This document shows positions 29,357-36,298 of a stretch of DNA of 64,000 nt, in pieces (the first letter of the stretch is position 1; each line of letters starts with the position of its first letter). The notes under the pieces are model-generated. The model had not been told where the DNA came from. It was given only the letters and a program-made list of their open reading frames with translations, and searched no databases. The DNA is from Candidatus Bipolaricaulota bacterium (lineage in GTDB: Bacteria > Bipolaricaulota > Bipolaricaulia > UBA7950 > UBA9294): positions 110,319-174,318 of the forward strand of contig JBFMGK010000027.1 of NCBI GenBank assembly GCA_040752575.1, written 5' to 3'. Both the position numbers and the translations under genes were made by a program.

Positions 29357-32263
29357 CTATTCTGAGTCCAACGAAATGTGGAGAGGAACCAGGGTGACGT
29401 ACTGACCGGCCGCGGCGTCGTACGCCGAAAGCATGGCCGCCTGCGGGATCCCTTCGGGAACGACAAGATCGTAGATCCCAGGTGCCCAGAACGGGTCTGG
29501 GTTGCCGCCACCAGCCCACTCGCCCGGCGATGCGCCGATCGACCGCAGGTAATTCTGGCCGTATCCGTCCTGCGATCCTACGAGAACGTAGTGCCAACCC
29601 TCCGCCGCAGGAAGATACAGCTTAGGGATCGTGACGATGACGCGCCCGCGCTTGGGGTCGGACGCGACTTCGACGAGGAACGGCCCCTCGCCGGCTGCGG
29701 TCCAGAGGTGGCGTCCGTAGGCCGGCCATCCGGCGACGCGCACGAAGACATCCCAGGGGTGGTTGGGATCGAATGCGACGCGGGCCGCTTCACCCTCAGG
29801 GTGGGAATCCGTGAGTCCGCCGTCGGCTACGTCGAAGTAGAGGTAGAGGAGTGGATGGCTGAATCCTTGAGGTCCGTTCCAGGGGTTCGGCAGTGCGGCG
29901 AAGTCGTACGCGAACTGCCAGCTGGTTCCGGCATCGTAGACGCTGTAGCGGACGAGGTCGAACAAGCCCTCCACGTCGAAGACGCTGTTGAGCGGATAGA
30001 CGTAGGAGCCGGGCCCGTAGTCGTCGCCTCGAGGGTCGTCGACCGAGGCCCGCTCGACTCCGCGGATGAGCGTTGGGATCGAGGCGAGGAGCGGTGTCTG
30101 GGGGATCTTCCCCATGGTCTCGCCGGCACGCTCCAGGACAACGGTCAGCGTGACGGCCTTGCCGGGCTCGACGCCCAGCTCAGCGAAGGGGACCGAGAAC
30201 TCGATCACGCTTCCCACGGCCGCCTTCCGCTGGGCAATCGTCGGCAACGTCGAGGCATAGGTCCAGCCGCCGCGCCCGTCCGCCGCGTACTTGGAGACGA
30301 TCCCGACGCCATTCGCGTCCAGCTTCGAGAAGCTCAACTGGATCGCGCTGGCCAACGGGAACCCAAGACTGGCTGAGCCGTACCTCGTTGCCACATTGGC
30401 CGGCTCGCCGGGCCGCCCCGAGGCATACAGCGCCAGGATCAAGTCCTGGCCGACGAAAGCCGATGCAGAGTCCAGAGTCTCCACCTGCACGCAGAGATTC
30501 GTTTCGCGATAGGCGAGGCGCAGTGCTGCGAGCGGGCCCTGCGAAGTGACCGTGACCGCGTCGCTCCAGCCCTCGCTCGCTTCGGAGATGCCATTCACCG
30601 TGGGAGAAACCTCGCCAAGGCTTGCCGGCATCGGCGGAACCAAGCGCAGCGTGAGCACGGCGGGAACCTCCTCGGGTTGGACCCCTGCGGCGCGGTAAGC
30701 TCCGATGAGATGGGACTTGAAAAGCCAGTCGAAGAGGTCATCGGTGTTGGAGTCCTGATCCGTGCCGTACCACCAGAACCAGTCCGACCCCTGTGCGGCG
30801 TATATCGCGGAGAGGGCCTCGGCAGGGTCGCCCGCCGCCGAGACCGCGGCGCGCGCCGCGGCCAGATGTTCCCAAGCTTCATCCTCGTCGGGCTCTCCGC
30901 TCCAGGTTGCAAGGTCTCCGGCCCACGAGCCGACGGGCAGCGAGGGCAGTGCAAGGAGCGTCGAGACGGAGGCCAGGGCTTCACTCGGCGTCACAGCGCG
31001 AACCCAGTCGGCGTCTGCGAGAGCCGCGTAGAGCTGACGTAGGAAACTGCGGCCATTGTTGGGGTATCCGGCCATGAACATCCAGTTCTCGCCGTCGAGG
31101 GCGATCGTCAGCAGCCGCCCTGTCGGGTCCTCGACCTCATCGTAGATGCGCCGCAACTCGCCCATGAAGTCCGCAACGGCGGCCTCCGTGGGCTTGTTCC
31201 CGTAGGCAAAGCTGATGCGGTTCGAGAGCTCGGACTCGCGGAACAGAAGCGCCGTGCCCTCGTAGCAGTACACCTGCGTCAGGTCCGCCGCGCTGGGCGA
31301 GCGTCCCAGCGCTTGCGCAAGGAGGCCCTCGTCGGTCGTTGTCCAAGCGAAGCCGGCGTCCGAGAGGAGGGAGACCGCCGCGTCGGACACCGCCTGCTCT
31401 GGGGGCCAGACGCCTTCTGCGGGCGCACCAAACAGCCGCTCGTGTTGGGCCTGGGCCGCGGCGAGTTGCCCGATAACGTCGCCCTCCCATCCGCGTGCGG
31501 CAAGGAGCGGCAGGATAGGATGGTAGAAGGGGCTCGTGAACAGCTCGTTTCCCAATGCGGCGGCGGCGCGGTAGGCGTCGACCACGCTCTGAAGGACCCG
31601 CATCTGCGCTTCGAGAACGATCTGGATGTCCGGCCACGTCCAATCGCGGTGCCCGCGAAGCGACGCGACGCCGAAGCTCTCGTGAAGCTCGGGCGAGATC
31701 TGCCACAGAAGGAAGAGGCCGGAGGCGTCGAGCAGCTCCTGATCATCGAGATCTCTTGTCCCGCGCAGGGCGTTGAGCTCCGCGTATCGAAGGTCGAAAT
31801 ACGGGTCGTTCGCGTCGTCGTCGAACATGTAGCCGTTGATCCAGAACGCCTGTTCCTGCAGGTTGGCGCGATCGTCGGCGGGAAGGCCTGCGGCGTCGTG
31901 GACAAGGGTCCACAGCCACTTGAGGTGGTTGTCGACGGCGCCGACGAGTTCGTAGAGACCTCCCTTTGCGGCCTCCTCGGCGGTGATCGTCGCATAGTCC
32001 TCGAGCTGCCACAGAAGGCTCGGTTGGAGGTTGAATGCGACGTGCACCGAGGGGAATTCCGCAGAGATCCGGGCCGAGTCAATGTACTCCTGCACCGCGT
32101 GGATGCGGACCCACGGCAGTTCGTACTCCCCGGTGAGGCGATTCCAGTACAGCGGCTGGTGCTGGTGCCAGATTACGGCCACCTGCAAGGGAGACTTCTC
32201 TCCGACCGCCGCGACGCCGCTGAGCGACGCCGCGAGGAGCAACATGATGACGACGCGTTTCAT
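29357..32263 (-). CDS. Secreted GH57 amylopullulanase with C-terminal DOMON-like/glucodextranase-C domain
   Basis: Signal peptide; WHQHQPLY, LPWVR, HPILPLL, GVWPPEQAV (Glu), IALDGENW (Asp), QGSDWFWW; C-terminal DPRGDDYGPGSYVYP, NPWNGPQGFS. Confidence 0.88.
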   Translation of the reverse strand: MKRVVIMLLLAASLSGVAAVGEKSPLQVAVIWHQHQPLYWNRLTGEYELPWVRIHAVQEYIDSARISAEFPSVHVAFNLQPSLLWQLEDYATITAEEAAKGGLYELVGAVDNHLKWLWTLVHDAAGLPADDRANLQEQAFWINGYMFDDDANDPYFDLRYAELNALRGTRDLDDQELLDASGLFLLWQISPELHESFGVASLRGHRDWTWPDIQIVLEAQMRVLQSVVDAYRAAAALGNELFTSPFYHPILPLLAARGWEGDVIGQLAAAQAQHERLFGAPAEGVWPPEQAVSDAAVSLLSDAGFAWTTTDEGLLAQALGRSPSAADLTQVYCYEGTALLFRESELSNRISFAYGNKPTEAAVADFMGELRRIYDEVEDPTGRLLTIALDGENWMFMAGYPNNGRSFLRQLYAALADADWVRAVTPSEALASVSTLLALPSLPVGSWAGDLATWSGEPDEDEAWEHLAAARAAVSAAGDPAEALSAIYAAQGSDWFWWYGTDQDSNTDDLFDWLFKSHLIGAYRAAGVQPEEVPAVLTLRLVPPMPASLGEVSPTVNGISEASEGWSDAVTVTSQGPLAALRLAYRETNLCVQVETLDSASAFVGQDLILALYASGRPGEPANVATRYGSASLGFPLASAIQLSFSKLDANGVGIVSKYAADGRGGWTYASTLPTIAQRKAAVGSVIEFSVPFAELGVEPGKAVTLTVVLERAGETMGKIPQTPLLASIPTLIRGVERASVDDPRGDDYGPGSYVYPLNSVFDVEGLFDLVRYSVYDAGTSWQFAYDFAALPNPWNGPQGFSHPLLYLYFDVADGGLTDSHPEGEAARVAFDPNHPWDVFVRVAGWPAYGRHLWTAAGEGPFLVEVASDPKRGRVIVTIPKLYLPAAEGWHYVLVGSQDGYGQNYLRSIGASPGEWAGGGNPDPFWAPGIYDLVVPEGIPQAAMLSAYDAAAGQYVTLVPLHISLDSE

Positions 32264-32268
32264 GGCAC

Positions 32269-34380
32269 TCACCTCCGAGTGACGACGAGCGTCGACGCGC
32301 CCGTCGGCACTTCGACGCAGACGATCTCGCCTCGCTCTACGGTCCGCAGAGGATGGCCGGACGCGTCGGCGACGTGGAGCGGATCAGGCGAGAAGAACGA
32401 GAACCAGTCTCGGCTTGCCTCGACGTGGATGTGCCAGGCGCCGTTCGTCGACGCGTGCTGCAGAGAGCCGACGGGCGCAGGGACTAGCTTGTCGAGGAAG
32501 CCGAGAGGAACGATGCCGTGGGCGCTGGGTGCGTACATCATGTAGGCGACTTGTCCCGGAGCCAGGCGTCGAAACGTCGATTCGACGGTGCGGCCGGCGA
32601 GGACATCCCATGCCAGCGTCTCGGCGTCCGGACGCGGGAGCTCGAGGTCGGCCGTTCGATCGCTGGCATTCATCGCCCACACGTACTCCCAACGCGCCTC
32701 TCCCGCGAGGCGCTCGGTGCGGTAGACCTCGACGGGGCCTCCGAGCGTTGGCGTGTCGGGCATCGGCGGCGCGTCCGGGTGCAGAAGAACCCCGCGGGAC
32801 GAGATCAACGAAGACACGAGCGCCGGGTCCGTCATCCCCGGGCCGTCTCCAATCCCGACAGGCCCGCAAGAGAGGGCACGCAGCGCGGCCTCGATGCGCG
32901 GCTCGGCTCCCCCGAGTCCAGGGTGAGCGCGCGAGAGGAAGAGGTCGTGGAATGGAAGAAGCCCCAGAGCGTAGAGCGCTGCGCCGACGAGGGCGTTCTG
33001 CCGCCGCAGGTGCCGCCGCTCCATCGCATCGCGGCGGAAGCCCGGATGCCCGAGGTTGGCGAGAGTCTCCAGCGCCTCTGGCTGACCGAACAGGTAATCG
33101 ATGGCTGTGCGTGCCGCGAGGGCGTTCGGCATCTGGGTCGAGGCAAGGGCCATCCCCATCGTCTGCATGCACAACACCAAGCTCAGGCCCTGTCGGTGTA
33201 GTGCGCCGGCCATGTCCGAGAACCATCGATCGGCATGAACGGAATCGCTCCGCAGGGCGGAAGAGAGGTGCTGCTGCGTGCGAAGCCAGTCGTGCCACGC
33301 GGCACAGCCACCTTGGCGCGAGATTTCGGCCGCAACGTCTGTGTAGAAGTCAGCATCTCCGCCCTTCGCGCGGTAGCCGTTGTCTGCGGCCAGCGCGGAG
33401 AGGTGAAGCACGAAGCTCACGTCAAAGCGTCTTCCGAGGTCGGCAAGACCCCCTGCATACTTGGCCGGGTCCGGAGCGAATTGCACGGCTTGGCCGATCT
33501 CTCGGTAGGGGTACCAGAGGTCCAGACCCACGTACCCGATGGGGATGCCCATGCCGCGGAGCCCGGCGAGAACCTCGGCCAGGTGGTCCGCACCGAGTGG
33601 ACGGATGGGCTCAGTGTAGTAGCCGCCGTAGGCATTCCACCATCCCAGCGCGGACGTCGCCACGCTGGCCGCGGCGTCGGGGCGGCGCTTCCCGCCTTGT
33701 TGAAGAAGGGCATCCCCGAGCTGCAGGAGTGCCGCGGCGACGTCATCGCCGCCGGCGCAAACGGTCTCGAGGATCGTCCCGGCGGGAAGCGATCCGATGG
33801 CTCCGTGCAATGCGCGCGCCGCACCACCGGGTGCGCGGACCAGAGGGCTCGTGAGAAACTGACTGGAGGGCGAGACGGCCAGCGCGCCACCCTCACCGTA
33901 GAGGACCAGGGGGGCGAACGCCTCCCTGGGCAGAGAGCCCGGCCCCCGGCCGCAGATCCCTGCGGGCCAGTATCCACCGAGCGATCCATCACCCGAGGAT
34001 CCGAGCCCGTACGTGAAGGCGAGAAAGGCGGTTCCGGCAGCGAACTGGAACCGGGGCGCCGAGACGAGCGAGGTCTCGAAGGAGTCGTGGGTGGCCAGGT
34101 CCGAGACCGGCTCTTCGAGCACAACGCGGATCCAGACGACATCGCCGCATGTCTCGACTTCCTGACGCGCTACGGGTTGCGTGCCCGCGGTCCAGGTTCT
34201 CTGGACGACACTCCGAAGCCCGCCGGCCCCCCGACCGATTGCGTGCTCCCAGGGTGAGGCCCGCAACGTCGTCTCTTGGTCGGCGCTCTGTCCGAACGAG
34301 ACGGCGAGATCGCGAATCGCAACGCCGCCGCGCGCAATCGACAACTCCCCGGAAGCGTCGATCCGCGCGGACAAGGTCAT
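32269..34380 (-). CDS. Uncharacterised glycoside-hydrolase-like protein (clan GH-D-like barrel)
   Basis: 703 aa ORF inside the maltodextrin operon; GWWNAYGGYY, YVGLDLWY, ALRALSCGPVGIGD (recalls the GH36 raffinose-synthase 'RAISGGPVYVSD' segment). Confidence 0.5.
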   Translation of the reverse strand: MTLSARIDASGELSIARGGVAIRDLAVSFGQSADQETTLRASPWEHAIGRGAGGLRSVVQRTWTAGTQPVARQEVETCGDVVWIRVVLEEPVSDLATHDSFETSLVSAPRFQFAAGTAFLAFTYGLGSSGDGSLGGYWPAGICGRGPGSLPREAFAPLVLYGEGGALAVSPSSQFLTSPLVRAPGGAARALHGAIGSLPAGTILETVCAGGDDVAAALLQLGDALLQQGGKRRPDAAASVATSALGWWNAYGGYYTEPIRPLGADHLAEVLAGLRGMGIPIGYVGLDLWYPYREIGQAVQFAPDPAKYAGGLADLGRRFDVSFVLHLSALAADNGYRAKGGDADFYTDVAAEISRQGGCAAWHDWLRTQQHLSSALRSDSVHADRWFSDMAGALHRQGLSLVLCMQTMGMALASTQMPNALAARTAIDYLFGQPEALETLANLGHPGFRRDAMERRHLRRQNALVGAALYALGLLPFHDLFLSRAHPGLGGAEPRIEAALRALSCGPVGIGDGPGMTDPALVSSLISSRGVLLHPDAPPMPDTPTLGGPVEVYRTERLAGEARWEYVWAMNASDRTADLELPRPDAETLAWDVLAGRTVESTFRRLAPGQVAYMMYAPSAHGIVPLGFLDKLVPAPVGSLQHASTNGAWHIHVEASRDWFSFFSPDPLHVADASGHPLRTVERGEIVCVEVPTGASTLVVTRR

Positions 34381-35537
34381 TCCAATCCTCCCTGGGCCGG
34401 GACGCGGAAGAACTCCGCGGCGACGAGGGTCGCGGCGCCGATCAGGAAGCCGTCGGAGCCGAGTTCCGCCGGGACGATGGCGAGCCGGTCCGCTTCCGCG
34501 GGGAACGAGTGGCGACGAACGACATCCTCGAGGGCGGGAAGGAAGAGATCGGCGGCATCCATCCTCTCTCCTCCTAGGACCACGGCTTCGGGGTTGAGCA
34601 GGTTCACGAGGTTTTTCGCTCCCAGTCCGAGAAACCGTCCCATTCGCGTGAACGCCTCCCGCGCCGCGGCGCCCTGTCCGTTCCGCGCGGCGTGGGCCAT
34701 CGCGTCGACCGACGCGAACCCTAGTCGAGAAGCCTCTTCCTTCAGAAAGCGATCCGAGGCGTAGACCTCAAGACAGCCCCTCTCCTGGCATCGGCACACG
34801 GGACCGTCGGGGTCGATCGTCATGTGCCCGACCTCTCCCGCACCGCCGAAGGCTCCTCGGTAGATCTCCCCGCTGAGTACAACGCCTGCGCCGATACCTT
34901 CTCCAACGGTGATGCAGATGAAGTGTTGGAACTGCCGCCCTGCGCCGTACCAACGCTCTGCGAGCGCGAGGGCGTTCACGTCGTTCTCAACCCATACGGG
35001 AAGGCCGAGGCGTGCCTCGAGGGGCTCGCGGAGAGGGACGCGCTCCCAACCGAGAATGGGGCTGTAGAGGTCCACACCGGCGGTGGGGTCGACAAATCCG
35101 GAGACGGCAAGTCCGATGCCGAGTGTTCTCTCTGCAGCGAGCCGTTCGGCGAGCCGGCCCGTCACCTCGAGCACGCACTGCGGCGATGGGGGGGAGTCGA
35201 TGGCGATGGCATCGCGACGCACGATTCTCCCCGTCATGTCGACGCTGGCTGCGAGGACGCGCTCTCGCTCGACCTTCACGCCGATGGAAACGGCGTACTC
35301 GGGGTTCAGCGAGAGGAGGACCGCAGGGCGACCTCCGCTCGAGCCCTGCTTCCCCATCTCGCGAACGACACCCTCTTCTAGCAGCTCGCGGACGACGCGT
35401 GTAAGACAGGAAGGCGCAAGTCCGGTACGGTCGGCGATCTCGGTTCGCGACAGCGTTCCGTGCAGTCGCAGCAGGTTGATGATCAGGGCTCGGTTCTGGC
35501 GACGTACCAGATCCTGATCGCCCTTTGGGATGCGCAT
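34377..35537 (-). CDS. ROK family transcriptional repressor
   Basis: N-terminal HTH LSRTEIADRTGL, GGRP, VENDVNALALAE, GEGIGAG, GEVGH, CRCQERGCLE. Confidence 0.93.
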   Translation of the reverse strand: MRIPKGDQDLVRRQNRALIINLLRLHGTLSRTEIADRTGLAPSCLTRVVRELLEEGVVREMGKQGSSGGRPAVLLSLNPEYAVSIGVKVERERVLAASVDMTGRIVRRDAIAIDSPPSPQCVLEVTGRLAERLAAERTLGIGLAVSGFVDPTAGVDLYSPILGWERVPLREPLEARLGLPVWVENDVNALALAERWYGAGRQFQHFICITVGEGIGAGVVLSGEIYRGAFGGAGEVGHMTIDPDGPVCRCQERGCLEVYASDRFLKEEASRLGFASVDAMAHAARNGQGAAAREAFTRMGRFLGLGAKNLVNLLNPEAVVLGGERMDAADLFLPALEDVVRRHSFPAEADRLAIVPAELGSDGFLIGAATLVAAEFFRVPAQGGLE

Positions 35538-35541
35538 CGGG

Positions 35542-35566
35542 TTACTTCCTTCCCGGAATGAACTAA
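35542..35566. promoter_or_regulatory. Putative ROK operator (25-bp imperfect palindrome)
   Basis: TTACTTCCTTCC-C-GGAATGAACTAA: 10 of 12 symmetric pairs match; lies between the -10 box and the ROK ATG. Confidence 0.65.
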
Positions 35567-35569
35567 GCC

Positions 35570-35599
35570 AGTATAGAATGCTCCCCGATGGGGAGTCAA
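35570..35599 (-). promoter_or_regulatory. Promoter of the ROK/maltodextrin operon
   Basis: TTGACT-N18-TATACT on the minus strand. Confidence 0.65.
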
Positions 35600-35619
35600 G
35601 ATCCCGGGAGGAGCTTGGC

Positions 35620-35648
35620 TTGACCGGGCCTCGTCGTCCCTCTAGAGT
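35620..35648 (+). promoter_or_regulatory. Promoter of the metallophosphoesterase/fusion operon (near-leaderless)
   Basis: TTGACC-N17-TAGAGT, 8 nt before GTG 35657. Confidence 0.6.
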
Positions 35649-35656
35649 CAACGATC

Positions 35657-36298
35657 GTGAAGGCGCTGGTGTTGAGCGACGTCGTGAGGGAGGTCTTCTA
35701 TGCCGAAGACCCGCACCGCACCGTAGGCGAGATCGACATCATCCTGTCTTGCGGTGATCTGCCCTACGAGTACCTGGAGTATGTCCTGACCATGCTGAAC
35801 GCTCCGCTCCTGTACGTGTACGGGAATCACGATCGAACCGTGTATGCCGAGGGGGGCGCGGTGAAGGAGGGGCCCGAGGGTGGCGTGGGGATTGACGGTC
35901 GGGTCGTGACGATCCGCACGCGTAGAGGAGACATCCTGCGCGTCGCCGGTCTCGGCGGAAGTCGCCGCTATAACGCAGGTTCTCACCAGTACAGCGAGGC
36001 CGAGATGCGAGCGCGCATCCGGCGCATGTCCCCTCGCCTGTTCTGGAATCTCTGGCGGCAAGGGCGAGGCGCGGATCTTGTGATCAGCCATGCAGCTCCC
36101 TGGGGAATCCACGACAACGCGGATCCTTGCCATCGCGGGTTCCGGGCCTACGTGAAGCTCATCGACCGGTTCCGGCCGAGGGTCTGGCTGCACGGGCACG
36201 TCCACCCGGAATACCAGACGGACCTTGCGGTTCGCCGGCGAGGCGACACCGAAGTGCGTTCGGTCTACGGCTACTCCGTCGTCGAGGTGAACCCTTGA
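35657..36298 (+). CDS. Calcineurin-like metallophosphoesterase
   Basis: VLSD, SCGDL, YGNHD, ISHAAP, WLHGHVH motifs. Confidence 0.88.
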   Translation: MKALVLSDVVREVFYAEDPHRTVGEIDIILSCGDLPYEYLEYVLTMLNAPLLYVYGNHDRTVYAEGGAVKEGPEGGVGIDGRVVTIRTRRGDILRVAGLGGSRRYNAGSHQYSEAEMRARIRRMSPRLFWNLWRQGRGADLVISHAAPWGIHDNADPCHRGFRAYVKLIDRFRPRVWLHGHVHPEYQTDLAVRRRGDTEVRSVYGYSVVEVNP

